DNA from: an uncultured virus (IMG/VR IMGVR_UViG_3300042522_000840)
Taxonomy: Duplodnaviria; Heunggongvirae; Uroviricota; Caudoviricetes
DNA length: 64,000 bases
Direction: 5' to 3' (one strand)
Virus record (IMG/VR): IMGVR_UViG_3300042522_000840
Shown: positions 39,596-48,225 of the stretch, one piece after another
How positions within the stretch are numbered: position 1 is the first letter of the stretch
How the letters are laid out: every line of letters begins with the position of its first letter
The notes under the pieces: model-generated
Told to the model about the DNA's origin: nothing
Database searches by the model: none
Seen by the model: the letters and a program-made list of their open reading frames with translations, nothing else
Program-made: the position numbers and the translations under genes

Positions 39596-39698
39596 CTAAA
39601 TAATGATGCCTGACTTAGGTGACACTTTTCAGGTAGAGGAGGGCACTTGATGCCCTTTTCTTGTATAAATACTTATGTCACCTAAGTTAAGAGCAGAA
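39596..39698 (+). promoter_or_regulatory. Two-late-promoter sRNA/leader cassette, copy 2
   Basis: CTAAATA 39596-39602, stem-loop 39608-39634, hairpin 39636-39660, TATAAATA 39664-39671, complementary arm 39676-39694. Confidence 0.75.
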
Positions 39699-40187
39699 AT
39701 GTATTACGTTTATCTCTATTTGAGAGAGGATATGACTCCTTATTATGTTGGTAAAGGTATTGGTAGAAGGTGCTATAATCCTCATATTAGAGGTGGCGGA
39801 GATATATGCCCTGTCGATAAAGACAGAATTAAGATTATAAAATATTTTGATATTGAAGAAGATGCCTACATATTCGAAGAATGGTTAATCTCTGTCTATG
39901 GTAGAAAATGTGATGGTGGAATACTAATTAATATACACGATGGCGGAAAAAATGGCTCAAGTTTGCCGCTTGACCCTATATTGCGTGAGAAGCATAAGAA
40001 AGAATATATGCGTGAGTATAATAAGAAATATTACCACGCAAACCCAGAGAGGGTGAAAGCGTGGAGAGACAAAAGAATAGAGAGGCGTCGTGAGACAGAG
40101 CGTGCTTGGCGTGCTAAAAATAAAGATAGATTAAATCAACGCAAACGAGAACTTTATCACCAGAAAAAACTTGAAAAGGCAGATTGA
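39699..40187 (+). CDS. GIY-YIG-like endonuclease with basic helical C-terminus
   Basis: MYYVYLYLREDMTPYYVGKG..RR...E..LI..YGRK...N..DGG. Confidence 0.8.
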   Translation: MYYVYLYLREDMTPYYVGKGIGRRCYNPHIRGGGDICPVDKDRIKIIKYFDIEEDAYIFEEWLISVYGRKCDGGILINIHDGGKNGSSLPLDPILREKHKKEYMREYNKKYYHANPERVKAWRDKRIERRRETERAWRAKNKDRLNQRKRELYHQKKLEKAD

Positions 40188-40212
40188 CTTCACTCCAGAA
40201 GCGTGGTATGAT
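40184..40212 (+). promoter_or_regulatory. Sigma70-type promoter for gp59
   Basis: TTGACT-17 nt-TATGAT. Confidence 0.7.
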
Positions 40213-40235
40213 ACATACGATTGTAATGTAATAAA

Positions 40236-40832
40236 TTGAAGGTGTCTCCATATCAAGTTTATTGTGAATACCTTGCTTTGAAATCGCATTTTAGTAATCC
40301 AAAATATGATTACTTCAAATATAATAAAAAAGTCCGTGCGTCTGTAACATCGTTTAACCGTCGAACCGATAAATACTGGTTCGAAAAAACAAGTCGAAAG
40401 TATAAGGACGAAGAGATTGTTAATTTCTTGGTTGCAAACTTTGTAGAATCTACTAGCGTAAATCAAATATGGATTGGAGAAATTATCAACTCTGGAGAAA
40501 GGACTTACGCAGATTGGATGCGGAGACAACAGAGTTTGACTTACTTATTCAAGGAACAAAGCAACGAATTCTTCTTGGAGACCAAATTAGAGGATGCCTT
40601 GAATTGTTCCAAAGGGCATCCACCAGTCCTCAAAAAGTTTCTAAGCGGGCAATTGTCGCTAGAAACCTTAACAATCTACGAAAAAATATTCCATTTCTCA
40701 AAAGATTTTGATAAGAAATTGCTAGATCCAGTGTGGGAAACCGTAAGTTTAAAAATCAAAAAATATACACCATTCCTAAATACGGATGTATTCCAGTTTA
40801 AAAAGATTTTAAGGACAATTATAGATGAGTAA
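40236..40832 (+). CDS. gp59: Helicase loader gp59
   Basis: YLALKSHF...YDYFKY...F..R.DKYWFEK; position between gp33 and gp32. Confidence 0.88.
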   Translation: MKVSPYQVYCEYLALKSHFSNPKYDYFKYNKKVRASVTSFNRRTDKYWFEKTSRKYKDEEIVNFLVANFVESTSVNQIWIGEIINSGERTYADWMRRQQSLTYLFKEQSNEFFLETKLEDALNCSKGHPPVLKKFLSGQLSLETLTIYEKIFHFSKDFDKKLLDPVWETVSLKIKKYTPFLNTDVFQFKKILRTIIDE

Positions 40833-41157
40833 CTTTTTTGACTCCAATATTATTCAGGATGAACTGAAAGAAATTAACAAGTTGCAAGAAGAAATTTACG
40901 GAAGTATTCTTACTTTTGGTGCAATGTCCCGCGAGACCAAACTGGAACACATTGAAAAACTTGAACTCTTGCTAGAAAAGCAAAGAGTGATGTATACTAG
41001 GTTATCTCTTTCAGATGATCCAAAGGCGATTGAAATGAAAGAGAACCTACGCAAATCAGTGGCACTGATGGGATTTCCCCCAGAAACTGATATGAGTATA
41101 TTATTTGGCAGTATGACTAAAACCATTGAGTCTCTCAAGCAATTCATTGACCGCTGA
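40825..41157 (+). CDS. Conserved cyanophage hypothetical protein (DUF1825-like)
   Basis: FFDS.IIQ...LLEKQRVMYTRLSLSDDP. Confidence 0.7.
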   Translation: MSNFFDSNIIQDELKEINKLQEEIYGSILTFGAMSRETKLEHIEKLELLLEKQRVMYTRLSLSDDPKAIEMKENLRKSVALMGFPPETDMSILFGSMTKTIESLKQFIDR

Positions 41158-41175
41158 GGGTATCTTTGCTATAAT
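41147..41175 (+). promoter_or_regulatory. Sigma70-type promoter
   Basis: TTGACC-17 nt-TATAAT. Confidence 0.7.
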
Positions 41176-41218
41176 AATGTCATTTACTAAATAAATATAG
41201 TAAAAGACACTAACTAAT

Positions 41219-41719
41219 ATGTTTAATAAAATAGAAGGATTTTCTAATTATCTTATTGAAGATACTGGAAAGGTATTTTCTTTATCTAAAAAAGATTATA
41301 TAAATTCTTATGAAAATAATTGTGGATATAAGTTTGTATCTATTAAAAGTGATGAAGGAAAATGGGTTTCTTCATATATTCATCGTTTAGTAGCAAAATC
41401 TTTTTTAGAAAATCCAAACAATTATCCAAATGTTCTTCATTTAGATGATAATCCAAAAAATAATAATATTAATAATTTGAAATGGGGAACTCAATCTGAA
41501 AATATTTCTTTGTGCTCCTTACACGGTAGAATATCAAGAAAAAATAAGTACATTAAAAATCCAATTACTTGGAGGTTAAAAGATCCTACTGGAAAAATTC
41601 ATACTACAACAAACTTAAAACAATTTTGTATTGAAAATAATTTAGATCAAGGTGCCATGACTTCTACATTAAGAGGAAAGTATGGCAGAAAACAGCATAA
41701 AGGTTGGACCAGGGCTTGA
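41219..41719 (+). CDS. NUMOD4-HNH homing endonuclease
   Basis: IEGFSNY.I...GKV...HRLVA..F..NP...VLHLDDNP.NN...NL.WGT..EN. Confidence 0.88.
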   Translation: MFNKIEGFSNYLIEDTGKVFSLSKKDYINSYENNCGYKFVSIKSDEGKWVSSYIHRLVAKSFLENPNNYPNVLHLDDNPKNNNINNLKWGTQSENISLCSLHGRISRKNKYIKNPITWRLKDPTGKIHTTTNLKQFCIENNLDQGAMTSTLRGKYGRKQHKGWTRA

Positions 41720-41744
41720 CATCCCTTTATAGGTCTTCTATAAT
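41716..41744 (+). promoter_or_regulatory. Consensus sigma70 promoter for gp32
   Basis: TTGACA-17 nt-TATAAT. Confidence 0.85.
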
Positions 41745-41798
41745 AAAGTTGTCGCAAAACCAAATCCGACAAATCCAATTTATCCAAAGTAATCCAAA

Positions 41799-42725
41799 AT
41801 GAGCTTTCAAAATCTTAAAAAACAATCCAAACTCGGTAATCTTACCGCCAAACTTGTTAAGGAAGTTGAGAAGATGAATTCCTCAAGTTCTTCCTCCGAT
41901 GAACGTGTATGGCGTTTAGAATGTGATAAAGCAGGTAATGGATTCGCTGTTATTCGTTTTCTTCCTGCTCCGAATGGTGAGGACCTACCATTCGTGAAAC
42001 TCTACAGTCACGCATTTCAAGGTCCTGGCGGATGGTATATAGAATCAAGTTTGACTACTCTGGGTCAGAAGGATCCTGTGTCGGAACTGAACTCTGAACT
42101 CTGGAACAACGGCACTGATGCTGGTAAGGAACTTGCCCGCAAGCAGAAGCGTAAACTGACTTATATCTCCAACATTTACGTTGTGAAGGACCCTGCTAAT
42201 CCCTCCAACGAAGGTAAGGTCTTCCTGTATAAGTTTGGTAAGAAGATCTTTGACAAACTGACTGCTGCAATGCAACCTGAGTTTGAAGATGAGGAAGCAA
42301 TTGATCCGTTTGATTTCTGGCAAGGTGCTAACTTCAAACTGAAGGCAAAGAACGTTGCTGGTTATCGCAACTATGATTCCAGTGAGTTTGCCGCACAAGG
42401 TGCTTTGCTGGACGACGATGATGCAATGGAAGCAATCTGGAAGAAGCAATATTCTCTTGCTGAACTTGTTGCTGCTGATCAGTTCAAGTCTTATGATGAA
42501 TTGAAGAAGCGTCTTGACTATGTGTTGGGTTCCAAAGGTTCCCGCCGTGTGGATGAAGAAGTTGCTGAAGAAGAGACCTATTCCCGTGGTCCTGCGAAAG
42601 ATCTTGATGAAGATCTTCGCACCGAACTCAACAATCTTCAACCCACCCGCCGTGCTGCTGCGGTTGAGGAAGATGAGGACGATGATGCGTTGTCGTATTT
42701 CGCAAAATTAGCATCTGATGATTGA
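41799..42725 (+). CDS. gp32: Single-stranded DNA-binding protein gp32
   Basis: AVIRFLPAP, HAFQGPGGWYIE, FGKKIFDK, GANFKLK, YRNYDSS, acidic tail. Confidence 0.96.
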   Translation: MSFQNLKKQSKLGNLTAKLVKEVEKMNSSSSSSDERVWRLECDKAGNGFAVIRFLPAPNGEDLPFVKLYSHAFQGPGGWYIESSLTTLGQKDPVSELNSELWNNGTDAGKELARKQKRKLTYISNIYVVKDPANPSNEGKVFLYKFGKKIFDKLTAAMQPEFEDEEAIDPFDFWQGANFKLKAKNVAGYRNYDSSEFAAQGALLDDDDAMEAIWKKQYSLAELVAADQFKSYDELKKRLDYVLGSKGSRRVDEEVAEEETYSRGPAKDLDEDLRTELNNLQPTRRAAAVEEDEDDDALSYFAKLASDD

Positions 42726-42728
42726 TGT

Positions 42729-42828
42729 CTAAATATTAATGCTCTAATAAGGTCGCACTTTTAGAGAAGGGTGGAGAAATCCACCCTATTTTATTATAAA
42801 TACTATTGCGACCTTAATTTAGAAGCAG
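42729..42828 (+). promoter_or_regulatory. Two-late-promoter sRNA/leader cassette, copy 3
   Basis: CTAAATA 42729-42735, stem-loop 42742-42766, hairpin 42768-42787, TATAAATA 42795-42802, complementary arm 42807-42827. Confidence 0.75.
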
Positions 42829-43500
42829 ATGGAATACTACACTTACGCATACTTGCGTGAAGATGGAACTCCTTACTATATTGGGAAAGGAAAGGGTAGA
42901 AGAGCATTTTTAAAGCATAGTGGTTTTTATCCACCATCAAAAAAGAGAATTTTATTCTTAAAGAAAAATCTTTCCGAAGAAGAGGCATTTAGACACGAAA
43001 TTTATATGATTTCAATCTTTGGTAGAAAAGATTTAGGAACAGGTATTCTTCATAACAAAACTGATGGTGGAAAAGGATGCTCTAAAAAAGTAATGACCGA
43101 ACAAGATATTCAAAACAGAAAAAAAGCAAGACTTGGAAAACCTTTATCCGAATCTCATAAAAGAAAAATTGCAGAAGCAAATAGAGGAACTCCAAAAACT
43201 ATGACCGAAAAAAGAAAGCAATCGGATATAGAAAAAGGTTTAAGGGCAAGAGGAAAATTAGTTGGAGATAAAAATCCGACTAAAAGACCAGAAGTTAGGA
43301 AAAAAATAAGTGATTCTTGTAAGGGAAGAAAACCTTGGAATAATGGTATTCAAAATTCAGATATAATGGGAGGCAAAAATCCAAGAGCGAGAAAACTATG
43401 CTATAATGGTGTAGTATATGATTGCATAAAAGATGCTGTAAAAATGACTGGTAGATCAAAATATTATATTTACAAGTATAGTGTTTTTTATGAAAAGTGA
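42829..43500 (+). CDS. GIY-YIG-like homing endonuclease with NUMOD3-type motifs
   Basis: YYTYAYLREDGTPYYIGKGKG; close paralogue of 834..1496 N-terminus. Confidence 0.85.
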   Translation: MEYYTYAYLREDGTPYYIGKGKGRRAFLKHSGFYPPSKKRILFLKKNLSEEEAFRHEIYMISIFGRKDLGTGILHNKTDGGKGCSKKVMTEQDIQNRKKARLGKPLSESHKRKIAEANRGTPKTMTEKRKQSDIEKGLRARGKLVGDKNPTKRPEVRKKISDSCKGRKPWNNGIQNSDIMGGKNPRARKLCYNGVVYDCIKDAVKMTGRSKYYIYKYSVFYEK

Positions 43501-44080
43501 TTATTATATTCAAAAAGTTCCAAAATCAGAAATAAAAGAATTATTATATAATCATCATTATCTTAAAGATATATCAAAAGATTTCAAAAGCGGATATAAT
43601 TATTCTTTGTATAAAAAATCTTTTACAGATATAATGAATATTGGCGGATCATTAGGTGCCTGCGTTTTTACAAACTTACCAGTACCAGAAATAGCACAAG
43701 GTGCTTTTGGATTAGAACGAAATGAACAACAAGGACTCTTCGAACTCTCAAGACTTTGCATCGAACCTAGTACGCAGTCATGCGAATATAACATCACTTC
43801 TTGGTTTGTGTCACGAGCGATTAGACAACTTCGGAAAGATACTGAAGTTAAAGCAATCATTTCTTATGCTGATTCAGATTACCATTCTGGTACAATTTAT
43901 CGTGCTTGTAACTTTAAGTATGTAGGTCTCACAGACCCTAAAAAAGATTTCTATTATTCAGACGGAACTAAACACTCTCGTGGAAAAGTAAAAGGTGCTG
44001 AAGGAGAATGGAAAGACCGCTCCCGCAAGCACCGATATGTGATGATGTTTGATAAGAATCTAGAATTAAAATGGATTTGA
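43490..44080 (+). CDS. Mom-like (GNAT-fold) putative DNA-modification protein
   Basis: HHYL...ELSRLC...ISYAD..HSGTIYRACNF.Y.G. Confidence 0.7.
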   Translation: MKSDYYIQKVPKSEIKELLYNHHYLKDISKDFKSGYNYSLYKKSFTDIMNIGGSLGACVFTNLPVPEIAQGAFGLERNEQQGLFELSRLCIEPSTQSCEYNITSWFVSRAIRQLRKDTEVKAIISYADSDYHSGTIYRACNFKYVGLTDPKKDFYYSDGTKHSRGKVKGAEGEWKDRSRKHRYVMMFDKNLELKWI

Positions 44081-44716
44081 TGCTTTAGTATTTTCAGTTC
44101 TAATCAATCTATTATCTACATACTGCGATGATTTATCATAAGTCATCGCTTTTCTTGTATCATTGATAATTTGTTGTAGATAGATTGGTTTTAAAACATA
44201 AATTGTTCTTTTTTCTTCATTTTTAGCAACCTCATATTCATAGTTACTTACGCCAGTTACTGGATTTAATGTTGCTGTTGGAAGACTTGGATTTGGAATT
44301 GTAAAGTTGGCATCAACTACTTTACCAGCAGGTAGAATTAGTCTGTTTTGAGAGTCTTTAACTTCGGTAGTTTCATAATGGTGAATTGCATTTAAATCAT
44401 TACCATACTTTTCATAAGAATAATCATAGATATCTTTACTTGATAGTGGCCATTCATCTCTAATACGAGTAATACCAGCACTTACAATGACTACCCAGTC
44501 GTATTGAGTACTTCCATAAAGTTCTTCTGCAACTGTTTCTGGACGAGCGCCATCAACAATTTGGTACTTATCAAAAACTGTAAATACATTTTGTAAATCA
44601 TCGCGAAGTTTAACTCTACGAAAAAGATTTTTTACAGTTAAATACTGATCTGATGATTTGCTATCAGGTAAGAATGATTGATATTCTAGGTTTGGTAATT
44701 CTCTAAAGTAAGTCAT
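44066..44716 (-). CDS. gp53: Baseplate wedge protein gp53
   Basis: YFRELPN...KNLFRR...RPETVAEELYG...WP...HHYET. Confidence 0.88.
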   Translation of the reverse strand: MTYFRELPNLEYQSFLPDSKSSDQYLTVKNLFRRVKLRDDLQNVFTVFDKYQIVDGARPETVAEELYGSTQYDWVVIVSAGITRIRDEWPLSSKDIYDYSYEKYGNDLNAIHHYETTEVKDSQNRLILPAGKVVDANFTIPNPSLPTATLNPVTGVSNYEYEVAKNEEKRTIYVLKPIYLQQIINDTRKAMTYDKSSQYVDNRLIRTENTKASNPF

Positions 44717-45630
44717 TAGTATCCTACTCCATCTCTTCCGATACCAGATTCATAATCTTCTCTGTAAATTGGTGTGAGTTCTTTAAATGTAAGACCCATT
44801 CTCATATGTGTTGGTGTTGCATCTGGGTAAGTTGCGTATGTTCCTGATGCAGCATAGTCAACAGACATTCCAATTAATGCACAAACTTTAAAACGATTTA
44901 GGAATGGATGGTCTCGATTACCACTTCTGTACGTAATTTTGAAAACGTTTGGTGCTTTTAAGAATAACCCAGCACCAGGTCCAAAGGTAGCACTTCCCTT
45001 TTTTGCTGCACTATGATATTTAAATCTTCTGATGATTTGTTTAACCATCTCACTTTCGTCTTTTGACCTAGGAACTAAATCATATGCAAATGAAAATTCT
45101 GGTCTAATTGCAATTCCACTAAAAAGAAGTTCTAAATTCTGATTTGCAACAACACCAGATTGTCTTCTTATAAAAGATGAGACATTATCTACTCCTAATA
45201 ATGCTTGAGCAGCAAAACCAGCAGCACCCGCTGCAATTACATCTTGACCTAATCCAGTTTTAGCAAATTCACCTATATTTGTTGCACCTTTTAGAACTTT
45301 ATCAATAATATTTTTTGTATTTCCTGTAAAGGCGTCTTTAACTACTGCTGAACCTAGACTACCTGCCGCCGCTTGAATAGGATTTAATGAATCAGAACCC
45401 CAGCTTACAGAATTACTATCTTGAAGATTGTCTGGAATAGGAAGAAAAATTGTATCTAAAATATCTTTAACGCCTATATTTGCATAAGTTTGATCTGAAG
45501 TATTCAATGCAAAAGAATCTGGTTGGTTGCTAAAACCAGGGGGTTTATATTCCAAAATATCAATCTTTAAATAATCATCAGAATCGGTAATTTTTTTAAG
45601 TGGATATCTTAAAGCTGGCTTTGCTTCCAT
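44716..45630 (-). CDS. gp48: Baseplate tail-tube cap gp48
   Basis: LRYP...LP.P..LQD...N.ELLF.G...F.F...P.S..E...I...FK. Confidence 0.8.
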   Translation of the reverse strand: MEAKPALRYPLKKITDSDDYLKIDILEYKPPGFSNQPDSFALNTSDQTYANIGVKDILDTIFLPIPDNLQDSNSVSWGSDSLNPIQAAAGSLGSAVVKDAFTGNTKNIIDKVLKGATNIGEFAKTGLGQDVIAAGAAGFAAQALLGVDNVSSFIRRQSGVVANQNLELLFSGIAIRPEFSFAYDLVPRSKDESEMVKQIIRRFKYHSAAKKGSATFGPGAGLFLKAPNVFKITYRSGNRDHPFLNRFKVCALIGMSVDYAASGTYATYPDATPTHMRMGLTFKELTPIYREDYESGIGRDGVGY

Positions 45631-45643
45631 TTATGTTTTCTAA

Positions 45644-46021
45644 TTATTTAGTTCTAATATTACTAAAAGGCAATCTTCTCAAATCTGTAATTTCTTGTTG
45701 ATAAACTTCATATAAACCACCAGCAACCTCATCCCAAGTATATTGTCTAGATTCTCCCCAGTGAAAATTAATACCTTTGAAACCCCATTTATAAACATCA
45801 GTTACAGCTACTAGTGGGTTTTGGTCATACCTTACACCTAGAGTTTTAGCATTATATACAAAAATATAAAACTTTCCTGCAACTGGAGGGTTTCTTGTTT
45901 CTGTTAAGATGCTCATTAGTTCAAGCATTAAATCGTCAGCAGACTCTGTTCCGATTAGTTTTTTAACTAATGGAGCGATACGATTTACTTTTCCTCTATC
46001 TTTAAGAGACTTTCTAGGCAT
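45644..46021 (-). CDS. gp2-like (DNA end protector-like) protein
   Basis: GKFYIFVYNAKT...YDQNPLV...GFKGINFHW; lies between gp4 and gp48. Confidence 0.5.
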   Translation of the reverse strand: MPRKSLKDRGKVNRIAPLVKKLIGTESADDLMLELMSILTETRNPPVAGKFYIFVYNAKTLGVRYDQNPLVAVTDVYKWGFKGINFHWGESRQYTWDEVAGGLYEVYQQEITDLRRLPFSNIRTK

Positions 46022-46030
46022 TATTTATTA

Positions 46031-46462
46031 TTAAAAAAGTTCTTTTTCAGTAATAACTTTAAACTCATACCCCCTATCAGCACACCATTCTCTTGCTGCT
46101 TCCCACTTTGATTGATTTTTAGCATACTCATAAACCTCACTGATATACCTTTTAGTTTGTCGTTGAGGTTTGATTGGAGGTAAAGTCTGCTTTTTTGGTT
46201 TAATTTCAATCATATACTTTTTGATTGTGCCGTTTGATTCTTTAACTTTGATAAGAAAGTCTGGAAAATATCGATGTATCTTACCGTCTATGGGAGAACG
46301 ATATGGAATACATTTTTCTTCTGATGCCCATTCAATAATGTTTTCATTTAAGTCACAATAAACGCAGAACTTACGTTCCCATAAGGAACGGTAGATGATA
46401 TTTGTTGCATCACCTTTATATTTTTGTGGGAATGATGGTTTATATTTTCCTTTATACGACAT
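46031..46462 (-). CDS. gp4: Head completion nuclease gp4
   Basis: YKGD..NIIYRSLWE...RYFPDF...IEIKP..QT...NQSKWEAA. Confidence 0.92.
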   Translation of the reverse strand: MSYKGKYKPSFPQKYKGDATNIIYRSLWERKFCVYCDLNENIIEWASEEKCIPYRSPIDGKIHRYFPDFLIKVKESNGTIKKYMIEIKPKKQTLPPIKPQRQTKRYISEVYEYAKNQSKWEAAREWCADRGYEFKVITEKELF

Positions 46463-46502
46463 CTAAATAACTATACTATAAATCTCATATAGGATATTTA
46501 GA

Positions 46503-47300
46503 GTGGTACAACCCCGCAGGATATCTGATTTTAAACCAATAGTTTCAAATCTAGCACAGACTTCGCATTATCAGATTATTTTTGGTGGGTTGCCTACACC
46601 TTTAAGAACATATCTGGTCCGTAAAGGAATATCTCCCCTATTTGTCACTGAGAATAGTGGTCTTTTATGTTATTCTGCCGCATTACCAACAACAAGTTTG
46701 AGTACGGTATTAATTGATGGTAACTATACTGGGGTTTATGAAAACATTGCTTTTAATCGAGTATACAGCACGATAGCATTAGATTTTTATGTTGACAGTG
46801 ACTACAAGATTGTAAAATTCTTTGAAGGGTGGATGGAGTTTATCGCAAGTGGTTCTTTTAATAATGAAATAGGTGATAATCAAAGAGTAAATCAAAATAA
46901 TCAAGGATATTTTGTTAGAATGCAGTACCCTGAAAATTATAAAACAGATTCAACAAGAATTATTAAATTTGATAGGGATTATGATCAGCAAATTGAATAT
47001 AAATTTATTGGGTTATTTCCATCTGATATAAGTCCAATCTCAGTATCATATGTAAGCTCAGAAATTCTTAAAGTTAGTGTAACTTTTAAATTTGATCGCT
47101 ATATTGCTGGTAGGTCAAATAGTGTAAATGAATTTAGAGGCGATAATAACAATAATGATGTCACACAATCATCTCCTCCACCACCACAACCAGAAAAACC
47201 GATTCTTATTCCAAGATCTCCTGGTTCACTTCCTTCTGGTGGAGTAGAACTCACACCATCAAATCAAACTCTCTACGAATACCTTTACGGAAGGAAATAA
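46503..47300 (+). CDS. Tail tube initiator / tube-fold protein (gp54/gp19-like)
   Basis: Tube-protein-like LC..A.LP...F.VD...FF..W...FP; divergent from gp4. Confidence 0.6.
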   Translation: MVQPRRISDFKPIVSNLAQTSHYQIIFGGLPTPLRTYLVRKGISPLFVTENSGLLCYSAALPTTSLSTVLIDGNYTGVYENIAFNRVYSTIALDFYVDSDYKIVKFFEGWMEFIASGSFNNEIGDNQRVNQNNQGYFVRMQYPENYKTDSTRIIKFDRDYDQQIEYKFIGLFPSDISPISVSYVSSEILKVSVTFKFDRYIAGRSNSVNEFRGDNNNNDVTQSSPPPPQPEKPILIPRSPGSLPSGGVELTPSNQTLYEYLYGRK

Positions 47301-47329
47301 ATACTTTTAACTGAATTTTTTGGGTTATT

Positions 47330-48049
47330 ATGCCTTTACCAACAATCGCTACACCAACGTATGAGTTGGAAATTCCTTCTATAAAAAAGACAATTAAGTA
47401 TCGCCCATTTCTTGTAAAAGAAGAAAAGATTCTAGTAATTGCAATGGAAAGTGAAGATCCAAAGCAAATTGCAGAGGCGGTAAAAACAGTCATTTCAAAT
47501 TGTATTATGTCTAAGGGTATCAAAGTAGATCAATTATCTACTTTTGATATTGAGTATCTTTTTCTAAACATTCGTGGTAAGTCTGTTGGTGAGGATGTTG
47601 AAGTTCTAATTACTTGCCCAGATGATGGAGTAACTCAAGTTCCTGTAAGTATCAATTTGGACGACATTAAAGTTATTGTTAAAGAAGAACATGCTCGCGA
47701 TATTAAACTTGACGCAAAATTAACTCTTCGTATGAGATATCCATCAATGCAAGAGTTTATTAAAACCAACTTTGCTCTGGAATCATCTGTAAGTGTTGAT
47801 GATACTTTTGATATGATTTGTTCTTGTGTTGAGCAGATTTACAGTGAAGATGAGTCCTGGTCTTCTTCTGATGTGACGAAGAAAGAACTTACTGCATTTA
47901 TTGAGCAACTAACTTCTTCACAATTCAAAGAGATTGAAAAGTTCTTTGAGACTATGCCCAAACTTTCTCATAAGTTTAAAGTTACAAATCCAAATACTGG
48001 TGTTGAAAATGAAGTTGTTCTGGAGGGTTTAACATCTTTTTTCGCCTAG
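47330..48049 (+). CDS. gp26: Baseplate hub assembly protein gp26
   Basis: MPLP.I..PTYEL..PS....YRPFLVKEEK...FDIEYLFL.IRGKSVGE...LEGL.SFF. Confidence 0.9.
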   Translation: MPLPTIATPTYELEIPSIKKTIKYRPFLVKEEKILVIAMESEDPKQIAEAVKTVISNCIMSKGIKVDQLSTFDIEYLFLNIRGKSVGEDVEVLITCPDDGVTQVPVSINLDDIKVIVKEEHARDIKLDAKLTLRMRYPSMQEFIKTNFALESSVSVDDTFDMICSCVEQIYSEDESWSSSDVTKKELTAFIEQLTSSQFKEIEKFFETMPKLSHKFKVTNPNTGVENEVVLEGLTSFFA

Positions 48050-48051
48050 CG

Positions 48052-48225
48052 ATGGCGCATGAAGATCTTGCGTCATACTATAAGACCAACTTTGCTCTCA
48101 TTCAGCATCATAAATACTCTTTGACGGAACTAGAAAATATGATTCCGTGGGAGAGAGAAGTTTACGTTTCCTTACTACAACAGTACATTGAAGAAGAAAA
48201 TATGAAGCAAAGCACCAATGGATAA
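48052..48225 (+). CDS. gp51: Baseplate hub assembly protein gp51-like (57 aa)
   Basis: Manually translated YYKTNFALIQHHKYSLTELENMIPWEREVY. Confidence 0.8.
   Translation: MAHEDLASYYKTNFALIQHHKYSLTELENMIPWEREVYVSLLQQYIEEENMKQSTNG

Noticed and set aside
42045..42641. 198-aa minus-strand ORF and similar shadow ORFs (e.g. 48325..48966, 9..383)
   Set aside because: Antisense shadows of well-supported genes
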